From contig OX597821.1 of NCBI GenBank assembly GCA_951406725.2, positions 28,272,001 through 28,336,000 on the forward strand: a DNA stretch of 64,000 nt. Direction: 5' to 3'. The DNA comes from Octopus vulgaris. Taxonomy: Eukaryota. The notes under the pieces were generated by a model that was not told where the DNA came from, did no database searches, and was given only the letters and a program-made list of their open reading frames with translations. The position numbers and the translations under genes were made by a program. Shown here one piece after another: positions 13,811 through 27,871 of the stretch. Numbering within the stretch: position 1 is the first letter of the stretch; every line of letters begins with the position of its first letter.

Positions 13811-16060
13811 TTCACTTTGGGAAAAAAAGGAAATCAGTAAAAAAAATAAGCAAGTGGAAGACCCCAGGACCAGATGGAGTTCAAGGATACTGGATCAAAA
13901 GATTTGGTGAATGTCATGCACGAATAGCTGCGCAACTCATCACCTTGTTTAATAACGACCAAGTAACACCAGAGTGGTTGACATTGGGTAGGACATCGCT
14001 GTGCTTCAAAAACATCGAGAAAGATAATTCGGTAGTGAATTACAGGCCGATATCCCGTTTGCTCCTTATATGGAACTTATTGAATGGAATATTCGCAGAG
14101 TCAATATACGAACATCTGGAAAAAAAGGGAGTCCTACCACATAAACAGAAAGTTTTCATGTGTAAGGGAAGAGGTACCAAGGATCAACTCCTGATAGACG
14201 AAACAGTACTCAGATAGTGTTAGAGGAGGAAAAGTAACTTAGGCATGTCATAGATCGACTATTGTAAGACGTACGATGTGATCCCACACTCGTGGATAAT
14301 GAAATGCATGAACCTATTTGGTATTTCATCGAATGTTGAGCGATTACTTGGTAAAAGTATGGCGAATTGCAGGACGGACCTGAAAGCATACGCAAGAAGT
14401 GTAAGGACGGTAGAAATCAGGAGATACATATTCTAACGGGACTGCCTATCCCCAATTATCTTTGTACTGTGCTTGATACCTCTAACACTCATTTTCAAGA
14501 AAGCAAAAGCTGGGTGTGTATTCAAAAGCCGCATGGATTACCACAAACTTTATGGTAAAGATGAAGCCCAACTCAGTTCCTTCGTTGATACAGTGTATAC
14601 TTTCAGTGCTGATATCAGAATGGTGTTTGGATGGATATCAGAATGGAGTTTTGCCCATTTGAAGATAGGCAAAATCAAATGTATAGACGGGCTAACGATA
14701 GCGTCGGGGGAGGTTATGAAGCGGATAGAAGAGACGGGTTATAAGTGCTTGTGGATTTTGGAAATGGATAAATTGACGGAGAAAGAAATGACAGAAAAAT
14801 TTAAGGTGGTGTACTTGCGCAGACTGATACTTATCCTTAATACGAAATTAAACGGACGGAATAAGACTGAAGCCATCAAAACATGGGCGGTTTCACTCCT
14901 TAGATATGGAGGAGCAGTAATCGAATGAACAGTAGACAAACTAAACAGCTTAGGCAGAAAGACAAAAAGTTGCTAACTAGATATGAGACACTCAACCCCA
15001 AATTTGACAAAGACAGAGTGTATGTACCAAGAAAAAGAGGAGGAAGAGAACTTATTGAATGCAAACGCAGCATTAGAGCGGAAGAAATCAACATCGCATA
15101 TGTAAAAAATGCCATAGAATCGCTATTATTAGAAGTAAGAAGGTCAGGTTTCTGTAGGATGAAATATTGCAAAGATAAAGCACCGTACAAGCAATTGAAA
15201 ACAAATGAAACTAAAAATAGATGGGTAAAGAAAAGTATGCATGGACAATTTCATAGGGATGTTAAAAATAAGACAGACAAAAAAAAAAGATGGCAGTTGA
15301 TGACTGTAAGTGATTTAAACCGGAAACGGAGGTGCTGATATGTGCTGCCCAAGAGCAAGCACTAAGAACAAACTACATAAAATATAGAGTAGACAACAAA
15401 TCAGAAAGTCATAAGTGCAGAATTTGTGGAAAATGGTGAAGCCGTATGGCATATTACCAGCCAATGTACGCCACTAGCCCACGAAGAATGTAAGAGATGC
15501 CACAACTATATAGCAAGGCTTGTCCATTGGACGTTTTGCAACAATTATGGTCTTGACAGGACACAAAATTGGTACGACCATAAACCCGAAGGCATTGTCG
15601 AAAATGATAATACAAAGATCATGTGGGATTTTATGATTCAGTGCGACCATGATATAGAAAATAGGAAGCCAGACATAGTCTTAAATGAGAAAGAAAGTAA
15701 ATTATGCTGGATCATATATATAGCATGCCCTGCTGACAACAAGGTATGCAATAAGGAAGAAGGAAAAGTCGATAGGTATGACATGTTAGTTTGGGATGTT
15801 AAGCAGTTGTGGTCGATGAAAAAGGTAGTAGCGGTACCAACAACTATCGGAGCCCTGGGAACAATGTGTAAAAATCTTGAGAATTACATGAAACAAATAT
15901 GGGTGGAACACTTGCAGAAAACAGCACTGCTTGGAACCGCTCGAATACTCCGGAAGGTGCTCGAAAAATGAGAGTTGTTACATTAGTTCACTGGTAGTGA
16001 ACAGCTAACACTGTAGTACATCTCGAGCGTTAGAAGCTGTGCAAAGGCAATGATTATAAT
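13811..16060 (+). mobile_element. R4/Dong-clade non-LTR retrotransposon, 5'-truncated and degenerate (RT, CCHC zinc motif, restriction-like endonuclease)
   Basis: Motifs across several frames: KTPGPDGVQGYWIK, NYRPIS, KDQLLID, PHSWI, KLNGRNK..AIKTWAVSLLRY, MHGQF, CAAQEQAL, CRIC..HITSQC, WDFMIQCDH..RKPDIV, LQKTALLGTARILRKVL. Many frameshifts and stops. Confidence 0.9.
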
Positions 16061-16460
16061 GAGAATGAGAATGAGAAGGAGGAGGAGGAGGAGGGAGTGG
16101 AGGAGAAAGAGGAGGAAGAGGAGGAGGAAGAGGAGGAGGAAGAGGAAGAGGAGGAGACAAAGAAGAAGAAGAGGGAGAAGGAGAAGAAGAAGGAGGAGGA
16201 GGAAGAGGAAGGAGAAGGAAGAGGGGTGGAATAGGGGAGGAGGAGACAATGAAGAAGGAGAAGAAGAAAAAGAAGAAGAAAAAGAAGGAGGAGGAGGAGG
16301 AGGAAGAAGAAGAAGAAGAAGAAGAAGAAGAAGAAAAAGAAGAAAAAAGAAGAAGAAGAAAAAGAAGAAAAAGAAGAAAAAGAAGAAAAAGAAGAAAAAA
16401 GAAGAAGAACAACAACAATAACAACAACGACGACGACGAAGGCGATGACGATAATGATTT
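16061..16460. repeat. Purine-rich (GAG/GAA)n low-complexity tract
   Basis: Directly visible in the sequence. Confidence 0.9.
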
Positions 16461-17240
16461 TCAATTTATACAATGGTGACAGCCCTAGGTACTATCACTG
16501 TAATACATCTTAAATAGAACTAGACTCGAATACAAATGTTACAAAATGAAGACCGAAAAACCGGTTGGATGAAGGACTAGAAACTGCAGTGCCATTTATA
16601 ATGGAAAGTGATGTGAGAATGAAATTAGAAATAAAATGCATGGAAACCTCGATTAAAATTACTATATTTAAACACACTAATATCATGCTAGATAAAAGAA
16701 TATTCAGTTAAGAGAATCGCAACATGTGCAACATTCAAATATATCGAAGAATCAAATGAGCAGACAGTGTCAAAAACAGAAAAATGAGGAAAAGAATATT
16801 ATACACGTATTAAGTTGATATGTAAAGCAGAATGCTAAATACAGACATTGTGAAGCAAACATCAATAGTCTATCTTCCACATTAATAAATTGCAGTTTTA
16901 ATTTTCGCTATCCGACAAGTAAATGAATAGCAAAAATGGAGAGAAAATTAAATTATCTGGTAAACATCAGAAAAAATATCTGCCAAATGATGTTCTCCCA
17001 GCTATATATATAAGGAGATAATATATTGAATAAACATAACCTGTGATAAACAATTGTTGGAATAAGTGTATAGTCACAGCTAGCATATATTTCGTCATGA
17101 ATTTTCTCAATCATTGATAGACGAAACAATTATCATCACTTGAAAGGCAGTTATACACGGTAAGCACGAGCACTGAGGTACAGTTGGAATGAAATCCTCG
17201 CAGGGAACAACTGGAAACTACTACTACTACTACTACTACT

Positions 17241-17630
17241 GGATGGAAGCACTCCGTCGGTTACGACGACGAGGGTTCCGGTTGATCCGAATCAACGGAA
17301 CAGCCTGCTCGTGAAATTAACGTGTAAGTGGCTGAGCACTCCACAGACACGTGCACCCTTAACGTAGTTCTCGGGGATATTCAGTGTGACACAGAGAGTG
17401 ACAAGGCCGGCCCCTTGAAATACAGGTACAACAGAAACAGGAAGTAAGAGTGAGAGAAAGTTGTGGTGAAAGAGTACAGCAGGGATCACCACCATCCCCT
17501 GCCGGAGCCTCGTGGAGCTTTTAGGTGTTTTCGCTCAATAAACACTCACAACGCCCGGTCTGGGAATCAAAACCGCGATCCTATGACCGCGAGTCCGCTG
17601 CCCTAACCACTGGGCCATTGCGCCTCCACA
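17241..17630 (-). mobile_element. tRNA-derived SINE, family C
   Basis: Near-identical reverse complement of 43503-43888. Inserted in (CTA)n. Confidence 0.9.
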
Positions 17631-17689
17631 TACTACTATTACTACTACTACTACTACTACTTTCGATGACACAGTGTGACATGTGAAGA

Positions 17690-18500
17690 CGTATGATTAT
17701 ACCTGTACAAGTTCAGCTTCCTGCAATAACCGAAACTGGGTCAGGGGAAGTTTTAATGGCAACCTCATGGAACCGCTTCCGATCTCCGTTCGGTGCGTCA
17801 AGGGTGCCCTCTATCCTCCCTTGTTTACGTATTGAGCCTTTACTGCGGAAGCTGGAGTTGCTACGGGGCATCGCACTTGAACCAAGATGCGGGAAGGGCT
17901 GAGTCGGATTATGCGGACATCACCGTCATGGTGTCGAATACCTCAGAAATTGAAGTCGTCAGCACGTCATTGGAGGAATATGAAAAGCTGACAGGAGCAA
18001 AAATTAACCACGAAAAGTCGGTAGGGTAGCAGCTCGGCACCTGGAAAGCAAATCCATGCCATCAAATACCGTCGTTGGGCGCTGGACAGACGGACTGATA
18101 AAGTTGCTTAGTGTTTGGTTCGGACCAGACCTACAGATCGAAAAGAGTTGGGATGAGGTGACGAGCAGGGTAGCTAGTTTCACCCAGAAATGAGCGGCGA
18201 GAAATTTCTCACTGAAAGTTCAGGCAGAGGCGGCGAATGCGTATATTGCGTCCAACATCTACTACCCTCGTGCCTTGCCCCCCATTCGCGCCTCACCAAG
18301 TTGGAGCGACTCCTCTTCAAATTCTTGTGGAGGGAACAGGTTCCGTTGGTACGGTAGTCCATCTACGTCGAGGACTGGGGATGTCGTGGTTAATGATACG
18401 TAGATATGCGCTGAGGCTGCGGCATCTCCAGACGATCTGTGTAAACGGTGAACAGGTGTGGTCACCGTTTGCCGAATAGGCCTTGCTCCAGCGACGAAAT
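17690..18500 (+). mobile_element. L1/Tx1-like LINE reverse transcriptase remnant
   Basis: Translation SVRQGCPLSSLVYVL, YADITVMV, YEKLTGAKINHEKS, WFGPDLQIEKSW, FSLKVQAEAANAYIAS. Confidence 0.8.
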
Positions 18501-18619
18501 AATTTTGCACACACTCGTCTCTTGTCTGTGCGTTACTGACTTATGGAGTTATGCCGGATAGTTGTTGTTGCGTGTAAGATGGATCCAGCTATCGACTGAG
18601 TCCATAGCGAAGATCGCCC

Positions 18620-18763
18620 CGTCGGTGACGTCGGCGTCGGTGACGTCGGCGTCGGTGCGGTAGCGGCAGCGGCAGCAGAAGCAAAAGAAGCAGCAGCAGT
18701 GGCAGCAGCAGCAGTGGCAGCAGCAGCAGTGGCAGCAGCAGCAGTGGCAGCAGCAGCAGCTGC

Positions 18764-18815
<52 letters not shown>
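18620..18815. repeat. (GCA/GTG)n and (GTA)n trinucleotide tracts
   Basis: Directly visible in the sequence. Confidence 0.9.
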
Positions 18816-18816
<1 letters not shown>

Positions 18817-19223
18817 ACACGATGATGATTTAGATTTTCATTTCTCCGATTTTTCACTCCTCATCTGATGTTTATGGAAGGCCGCACACATTGTTATCAG
18901 CGTGTTGTGTTCACTGCAACTGAGACCTTGGAAATAAGCAAAATCACCAGTAACAACCATCGTCGTAGTCACATCATCATCATCATCATTATCATCATCA
19001 TCAGTATTAATATCGTTATGTGTGAGGATGCTGATGGTGCTCTTTAAACTACTGTCCTCATTTATTATTATTATTGTTGTTGTTGCTATTGTTGCTATTG
19101 TTGTTTTTGTGGTTGTTGTTATCATCATCATCATCATCATCACCCTTATTAGTATTATCATTGCTATTGTTGCAACAACAACAACTACTACTACTACTAC
19201 CACCACCACCACCACCCCACCCT

Positions 19224-19275
<52 letters not shown>

Positions 19276-19676
19276 ACTACAGCGAACAAGTAAAAAAAAA
19301 TCTATCAGGAACACAACTTTTGATTAGCATCACGGCGGACACATTTATCGATTGCGAAGACAGAAAACTTGCCATACGCAAAGGGCCTCACAACAAAGCA
19401 TGCATTGCGAGGCATTGTTGGGCAGTAATAGATATTTCGTCAGGTAAGTGCAATGTTGCTTCCTGTCCAGTTACTAGAACTGGAAACAAAAGAAAAATTA
19501 ACTTTTATCACAAATCGAATATCAATCGAATTACATTGAATGATGTATGTGTCCTTGGTGGCCTGGTGGACCACCGCCAAGTAACCATATACGAGATTAA
19601 ACGCAATCACACAAGCACAGACGTGCTCCTTCTGAATTTCTTCCTCTCCCACCTCTCTTCTTGAGTATATATATAT

Positions 19677-19730
<54 letters not shown>

Positions 19731-19805
19731 AATGGGTGTGTTTATATATATATATATATTATATATTTGCATATTTATATATATATATATGTGTGTGTGT
19801 GTGTT

Positions 19806-19845
<40 letters not shown>

Positions 19846-19847
<2 letters not shown>

Positions 19848-19985
19848 TGCAGAAGTGACTGCATATTAAGTAGTTTGCTTACCAACCGCATGGTTCCGGG
19901 TTCCGTCCTACTGCGTGACAGCTTGCGCAAGTAACCCACCACGTCCACCATGACTGCAGTGAAATAACTGAAGTAAAAGATAGAA
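19846..19985 (+). mobile_element. SINE family A, internally deleted
   Basis: The head ggtgcagaagtgact..tggttccgggttc is joined to the tail catgactgcagt..actgaagtaaaaga. Confidence 0.65.
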
Positions 19986-20117
19986 TATACATATATATAT
20001 ATATATATATATATTTACATAATGACATACATGCATACACGCACACACACACACACAAACACACACATATACATATACATATATATATATACATATATAT
20101 ATATATGCATTTATATA

Positions 20118-20226
<109 letters not shown>

Positions 20227-21003
20227 AAAGAATGTGTTATAACACTATTCCACATATACAGAAACAGCCACACCAACAACTCAACATACTTCCATCATCA
20301 GCTGCCCCACGGATATCATCATGGTTTCGATACATGGACAGTACCATTCAATCCGGTGGTGTCAACATCACTAAAATAAGTTTTCTTTGGGAACAAAGAA
20401 ACCAGAGAAAACACAACTTTCAAACACATTTACCCCTTTGTTCAACCGTATCGGTAATAAATTCGATAAGTAAATTACAACCAACTCCGCAATACGAAAC
20501 GAAACAGCGACCAATGTTTTAAGCATACAAAAATTATAATACCAACAATCTTCCATAATGTAATATAAAAGTGAAAGTTTAGTAACCACATTCATTCAAT
20601 CAATCAATTTTTTGACAGGATTTAACACTAACTTTAATAAAACTGCAACAGAAACATATAAACCAATGTACATTGTATCGGTATTAATAGCAAGCTGCAA
20701 TAACTAAATTGTATGCTAAATCGCGACCAATGTTTAAATCCATACATATGACAATCCAACCAGTCTTCCATAGTTACTGCTATAATAAAAGTTAAAGCTT
20801 TATATAAGTATCTCTAAAACAAAACAAACATGATTGAAATTAATTTAACTCACAACATAATAATTATGAGTGAAATACATTATTTCATCATTCAAAAGTT
20901 ATTAATAAAACAGTACATACTCATTAATATATCACCACTACAAGCTATAATATTAAATTACCAGTGACTACTAGAAACGTTAATACATACATACATACAT
21001 ATG

Positions 21004-21084
<81 letters not shown>

Positions 21085-21086
<2 letters not shown>

Positions 21087-22232
21087 CTTTGATATAGGTT
21101 TCGGCCAGTATAGGCCCACGCCATGTTTAAATTAATAGTACCACCCGGTGAAGTCGTTTAGTCATATATGGGGACCATGGCCCACTCTAGCAAAGAGTTA
21201 TTATTGTTGGAGACATGACCGGGAGTATGAGGTTGGTCCGGGATTTTTTAAAGAAATTTGTCAAGTGAACCTTTGAATTTTATAGGACCTGTTTCCATTT
21301 TGACGTTCTTTGGGATGGTATCAAATAGAGCTGGACCGGTTGGGGTAAAGTAGTTTTGAAGTAATATTTTTATGTGTCCTGAGTTCCAGTTTGTAGTGGG
21401 CGTAGAGCACGGGCACCAAGTCTTGGGTAGATTTTAAAATTGATGCCAACATCATTTGTGCAATATTGATGGATTATTTTTAACATCACAGAAATTAATT
21501 AGCGCTCCCGGCGGTGTTGGAGAGAGTAGAGATTGAGTTTTTTAGACGAACCTAAATGAAAATGCCTTCCATGCCATATATCTTTCTTTTTATTGACCTC
21601 TAGAATGCTTCCACTTTCGAAATGAGTTGTTTCGTATGGGATGACCAATGTGGGCAACAATATTCAAGGAAGGGCCGGGCAAAAGTAGAGTAGATAAAGA
21701 TTATTGTGTGGGCGTCTCTAGACCGGAAAGTTCTCGGAATCCAGGAGCACATCTTGCGGGCCAAGTCAACCTTACTGCTTATGCTGTAACTGCAGCTTAG
21801 ATTGTTATCAACAATTACTCCATGGCCTCAGGTGTTGTTGGATGACACTACGGAGTCACCCGAGTGAAGGGCACATGGTAGTTTCAGAGTATCCTCTTTT
21901 CCAAAGTGGATCAGAATAAAATTATCTTCATTTAGAAGCATATTTTTTCCGCTATTGGACAACAGCAAACAGATCCGACGAAAGGCAAGTTCGGTCTCCA
22001 ATACCGTTTATGGCTTTCTGGAGTTTGAAATCACATGCAACGATTTTCAATGTAGAATGTTTGATGACGTCTATTATGTCGTTGTTGTAGATAATGAAGA
22101 GGAGTGGGCAGAACACAGTACATTGTGGAACACCACTACTGACTTTGGCTGAGCTGGATCGGATTCCCTCAAACACAATACGTTGCGTTCTGTTCGTTAG
22201 GAAACACTTTATCCACTGCAGCAGCTTTCCAC
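21085..22232 (-). mobile_element. CR1/L2 (Jockey-group) LINE, RT and 3' end remnant
   Basis: Translation GKLLQWIKCFLTNRTQRIV..SGVPQCTVFCPLLFIIYNND, ARPFLEYCCPHWS, and an RRER-like motif. Confidence 0.85.
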
Positions 22233-22414
22233 AGTCTCTACAGCCTGAAAGATATTTCATCATTCAAGGAGCAAGAACGGCTGAGTGTGCTGCCCACATA
22301 GACAAACTTGTCTACCTCTTTCAGATATGTTCCCTCAACCAAGATAGCTGGTTCCACATATGAATTTCTCGGTGCAGGCTGCAGCATTATAACAGTCTTG
22401 TCCGGGCTAATGTT
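22233..22414 (-). mobile_element. RTE/BovB-like LINE, inverted 5' segment
   Basis: Translation ISPDKTVIMLQPAP...KEVDKFVYVGSTLSRSCSLNDEISFRL. Confidence 0.8.
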
Positions 22415-23075
22415 CTGTACCGCGCATGTGTACTGATATCGCTCTTTTACGCATATGAGGCATGGACCCTTTATAAACGTCATGTAGGTGTCTTTGAACG
22501 ATTTCATCAGAGACGCCTCAGACACATTCTGAATGTTGACTGGACCTTAAAAACCCCAGACACACAGGTCGTGAGGATAGTTGGTATCTTGAGTATTGAG
22601 GCGATGATGCACAAGCACTGGTTACGTTGGACTGGACACTTTATTATAGTGAAGGATAGGAGGATCCCTAAGCAGATGCTATATGGGAAACTTGTGAATG
22701 GAAAGAGACCCCGGATGTGATTTAAGGACTGTGTTTAGTCTTGATTAAAGGCTTGTGATATGCATGAGACTGACTGGGAGAGCACTGTCTGTCATCGACA
22801 CAGATGGAAGAAGTAGGTTGAGGATATGGTCGACACTTTTGAGAGAGCACTTATTCTTCATGAAGAATTTAAATGTGCTGCTCGAAAGCGTACAGCTGGT
22901 GTAGTGAACGGGGAAAGCTTGGTTTGCAATGTTTGAATTCGTGTATGCTTGCCAAGAATAGGGCTCATTAGCCACCAACGGAGCTGCAAATGCAAAATAT
23001 AAGTTAGTCATAGAGCACGCAATGTTCCTGAAAGTCAGCAATGGTTTTCCTCGGTCACGAGTGGACAGCATTCAT
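22415..23075 (+). mobile_element. RTE/BovB-like LINE, 3' segment
   Basis: Translation YRACVLISLFYAYEAWTLY..FHQRRLRHIL, LRWTGH, RIPKQMLYG, and a terminal CxxC..GLISHQR-like zinc finger. Confidence 0.85.
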
Positions 23076-23299
23076 CATACATATGTATAAGAATGAGACA
23101 GAGATTGATAGAGAGATACACAGATCAAGCGATCGATAGATTGGTATATAGAGAGATACATCCATATATATATATATATATATAGGTATAGATATATATA
23201 TATATATATAGGTGAGAGGGTTGGTATGTGAAAGCACGTACTGAATATATTTGAATCGTCATGTTAGAAAAATGTTATAAAATTTTGTGTATAGTAACA

Positions 23300-23800
23300 T
23301 TATTTTGGGAGAAATAACCGGTTTCGTATTTTCTTTTCAAATTTCACATATTCTTTACCGATTTTGTGTCATCTCTTTGCTATGATTTGAAGTATGAGAG
23401 TTCCAGACAGGGGAAGGTAATCATGCATTTTTTCGGTATAAGGGAGATAATCAGAAATGTTCGGAATGACTAGGTTTTATTAATTTAACAGGATTTGGTT
23501 AAGATAGAATAGAATGTTGGAAGAGGTTAGAGTTTGCTTTATATTTTTTCCCAATGAGGCACTTTTCCCTATTTAAAAATGCTAGAAATATTTAAATTTG
23601 GCTTATATTTTTCAATGAAGTAGGTTTTCTTATTTAATCTAACTTGTATTGATGTTCTGATGGTACTTGGATAAAATGGGAAGATTACAAATTGTAGTAA
23701 CAGTTGTTTTACACACTTCTTAATGTGTTCACTAAAGGGTATCAGTCTGTATTTTGGGAATGCAATCTGCTATCGGGGCAGACGCAGATGCACTCTGCAT
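23300..23800 (-). mobile_element. PLE remnant: GIY-YIG C-terminus and 3' region
   Basis: Translation FPKYRLIPFSEHIKKC..FVIFPFY..RLNKKTYFIEKYKPNLN. A possible decayed HHR (GAAA-ccgg-TT) lies near 23315. Confidence 0.65.
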
Positions 23801-24630
23801 ATTAAATTGGAATTTAAGTTGTGTAATTAATATGACTTTCTCTGAGGTCACAGTAGTCGAATGGTTAAAAAGAATATATCATAGACTGTCCTTGAACCTC
23901 GCATACTTAAATGTACGGAAAAGCTACAACTCAATTAAATTCTCAATACTGCTGCAGATAGAATGTTTTTGTACTGCTCCAAATTAAATATGGTCTGAAT
24001 ATTAATAATGAAGTATTATGCACCTGCTTGCCCCTATATCTAATAGTTGCTCAAAATTTACAAAGAAGACTCGGCTTAATTAGCGTAATTCATAGAATGA
24101 ACACACTAAAGCCTTTGACAGTTAATTTTAATGTCTCATCAATATATGTCAATAACATGAACAACTCTCTCTATCTTTCAGCGTTCAGCATCACTGCATT
24201 ATTTTCATTCTTTCACTATCTCTTGAGTTCCACTCCTTCGCAATTTCCTGTCTCTTTACCACGAAATTCTCTGTCTCTTTACCACTCCTTATAAAACCTC
24301 ACATGTGAATACTGTAGTAATTGCAATTAAATCGTCGTTTCGAATAAATCATTTGTCCAAAAGGGTGTATCCGTGTTTTTTCAGCATATTGCATGTTAAC
24401 CAACCTTTAAAAATATTTTCAGATATTGAAGGCTCGTTTTACAATTACACATATGTATTTATAATACAACTACATAAATTAAGGAATATAAAACAACATT
24501 GCGTATGGTTAAGAAACACATAATTTCCATAATATATTTAACATGCGTTATACATTTTTACATATCTTTAAGAAAGGGTTTTCTATATTTTTAACTCTCA
24601 TTTAGAAAATAGGTGTTTTATTTACAGACG

Positions 24631-24680
<50 letters not shown>

Positions 24681-24927
24681 TATATATATGTGTGTGTGTG
24701 TGTATGTGTGTAGAAAGATAGATAGATACATACATATATATAAATAGTTACAGACACACACAGATATATATACATGTATAAATATATAGAGGTATATGTG
24801 CATATATTTATATATTAATAGGAAATGTAAACGAAATTTTGAGTTATTGTCATGCATCATCGGAAACGAGAAAAACATTTTGATGGTCAGTATTTAATGA
24901 TATCAACTAATAGAAAATATTTTAAAA

Positions 24928-25245
24928 TCTTCTCTATATATAAAAGGCAGGTTGTCTGTCTGTCAGGTTGTACCCTCACCCTGACCACGGCTTTCAACCG
25001 ATTCTGATGAAATTTGACACACACATAGCCCAATGTCATAATTCAAAACTAACGCAGCGAAAATTTTGAAAAGTTCCCCAGTTCTGAAAAAAATTTATAA
25101 ATTCAGCCACTTCAAGCAGTCAACGAGAGAAAACATGACCAGACAACATAACCTTAGCATACTTCTGCTAATCGCAGCTGCAGACGCAAGTCGTTGCTTA
25201 CTAGGGGTTCTTACATACCCAGGCAACGCTGGGCTATGCTGCTAG
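24928..25245 (+). mobile_element. Non-autonomous Helitron
   Basis: Inserted between A and T. 5' end TC; 3' hairpin cccaggcaacgctggg about 8 nt before the terminal CTAG; no target duplication. Confidence 0.85.
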
Positions 25246-25437
25246 TTAATAATAAAACCAAATCGTTTTAAAGCATTATAAACTTATTTTAAATTCACCG
25301 GAAGAAATATGCATGTATACAAATAATCGAGTAAGACGTTCCTTATGAGAATATTGAGAATAAAAGACAGAAATATAAATTCCACAGGTATATCATGGTG
25401 TTAATGGTTTAAAAACTATTTTCATTTCAAATAAACA

Positions 25438-26125
25438 TACAGACATCAGACTCGCAAACGACACCCCGGTCTCGCTCCATTTCCGCTCTACCGATCACTC
25501 TTTACAACACCTGGTTGTGTTCGGATTGTCCTCGCACAAGGGATATCCGGAATCCCGTCTTCGCCGTGAGCATGGATTAATCATCTCCCTTCGCTTCTTT
25601 CCGCCACGTGTGCTCAAATCTCCTCCCCTCTTCATCTAACCTTCCTCCTCTCTTCCTCTCACGCCTACTCCCACTCACACCTACTTCCTCCCACCCACCT
25701 CTCCTCTCTTGAACTGATACCTACTTCCTCTCTTCACTCCTACCCACCTTCTCTCTTCCATCCTCTCCCTTCATCGTCACTTACCCCTCGTTACTCTACC
25801 CCTACACATTCCAAAACCACTATCCCTATACCTCCCATCCTACCCGCACCCCATCCATTAGACCCCACTCTTTCTTCCCCCACTCTCACCTACTCCACAC
25901 CCCAACACCACACCACACACCACCATACTACACCACACCACATCACACAATCTTTATATTGACCAGTCTCCGAGTATAACTTCCACGCTTGCATGCAAGC
26001 AGTTTTACTGCACTTTCGTTGCTTGCTGATGTTCGAAAAGGAAACATTTTGCTGGTGTAGTAATACGATGTTTACTCTCGTGACTGCACCGAGGCTACGT
26101 TGTTTTCACATTATTAACCAATTGT
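25438..26125 (+). mobile_element. PLE remnant: GIY-YIG C-terminus plus C-rich 3' region
   Basis: Translation DIRLANDTPVSLHFRSTDHS..RLRREHGLIISL..PRVLK*, resembling the PLE endonuclease end (PVxxHF, RE..I..L....P.GLN). Confidence 0.7.
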
Positions 26126-27824
26126 ATAATACCGTTAAATTATAGCATTATATAGGGCAGTTAGGCTAGTTGTGTGACCACCCGTTTTGGCAAAAAAATT
26201 TGCATATATATTACATGGTCTTAAACTAATTTTGCTGGTAAATTTGAAACGTTTATATTAATTTAGCATTAGAATTCTTGAAGTTGTATAAAAACAGTTA
26301 TTGTCTGCATCATTCGAGAGAGAAATAAATTCTGCATAAGGTGTAGAATATAAAAATAATGTGTATGGTTTTAGTAACAAAATATTTTGTAAGAAATAGA
26401 ACCTTTATCATTGGTCATAAATTTATTTTTGCCAGTGCAATTATGTAATTTAGAAATTAACCGTGCATATTACTAACGAAACTGCTTTTCAAAGTATTAC
26501 ATATATCACTTATCTATGAAATTTGTTTTCCTATATTTTAATCTGAATACATATGCGTGCGTGCCTATGTGTGTGTATGTGGATAAGTGTGTGTGTCTAT
26601 GTGTGTGCATGTGTGTGTGCAAGTGTAATCATATAGCTTCAGTAGCATAAGTACATATAGTGATGATCCAATATCGTTAATTGGTTTTATTATTTATTTT
26701 AAAATATTTTCTAGTATTTGATATCATTTGTTTAAATACTGGCCATCAAAAAATATTTATTATTTCTGAAGATGCATGACAATAACTCAAAGATTTTTAG
26801 AAATTTCGTTTCCATTTGTAGACGGGACTTCTTATTAATATATATCTGGAAGACACGAAAACAGACATATATATTGTTTAAAGCTCCCTAATAAGGCAGA
26901 CATCACGCAAATTTTAGCAATAAACTCTAAGTCATTTGATCGTCTGTTTTCTTTCCAGGAGTATCGTCAAACTGAAACAGGTTTGATAAACCCTACAAGA
27001 TTGCACAAAGCTAAATTTAATTTCACGTGTTGCATATGAAAGTTAGTGTATCACCGTCAGTTTCGACCATGAGAGAATTAGTTTTACCATACCGGACTTA
27101 CTAAAACATTTCCTTACTTAAACTGTGTGACCAGACATACGAAATTTTAGTGTAAGACTCAAGCAAAATGAGAGTGACAAAGCGTTATGGTTTACCATTG
27201 AGTTCTTCCACAAATGTTTGCACATACTTCCTGTACTCCACGCCAGAAGACGTGCATTTATCAGTGTCAATCTTTTGAATTCAGTACGGGATATCCTGTT
27301 ACGGAAAGAGCTGAATTATTTACCTACCTACATACATTCATACATATTTACGTACACACGTACATACATACATCTATACACACTCACGCAAATAAAAGCA
27401 TATATAATTCATTATAGGATTCATTTGCATGAAGATATTTTAGCATTCAAGACACTAGAAAATCTTCGAGTCCAGTACATACGTATATATACTATATACA
27501 TATACATCTGCATATATATGTCAGTATATAGGAACATATCCATAAACTCTACATATATATGTACATGCACATAAATATACATATATGCAAATATAGGCCC
27601 ATGCACAAACGCATGTAGGTTTAGGATCGAATGCAATTTCTAGATACAACATAGGGGACGTTCCAGGTATGGTGTTCCCTTAAATTAAGAACACAAATGA
27701 GGTTAAGGTATAATACAGCTGTCTCAGATGCATCTTTTATTGATGAATCTTTCGATTACATCACAGAAAAACCTTTACTTCAATTGAAAAATACCACAAA
27801 ATCTGGGTGCCCCTGTTAGTTAAG

Positions 27825-27871
27825 CATTACTGAAGAGGGCGAAAACCCACCCGGAAATTAGCTAGTGAATG
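27825..27871 (+). ncRNA. Degenerate type I hammerhead candidate
   Basis: catta-CTGAAGA-ggg..ccc-g-GAAA-ttagc-TA-gtgaatg. Stems I and III are imperfect. Confidence 0.45.

Noticed and set aside
16005-16479. Arg/Lys/Glu-rich protamine-like ORFs
   Set aside because: They derive from a (GAG/GAA)n low-complexity tract.
26024-26050. CTGATGT..GAAAC in a PLE 3' region
   Set aside because: The core and stems are too degraded to call an HHR.
26959-26980. Possible 22-nt micro-exon (ttttctttccag|...CAG|gtttga)
   Set aside because: The donor is weak and there is no supporting neighbouring exon; such matches are expected by chance.
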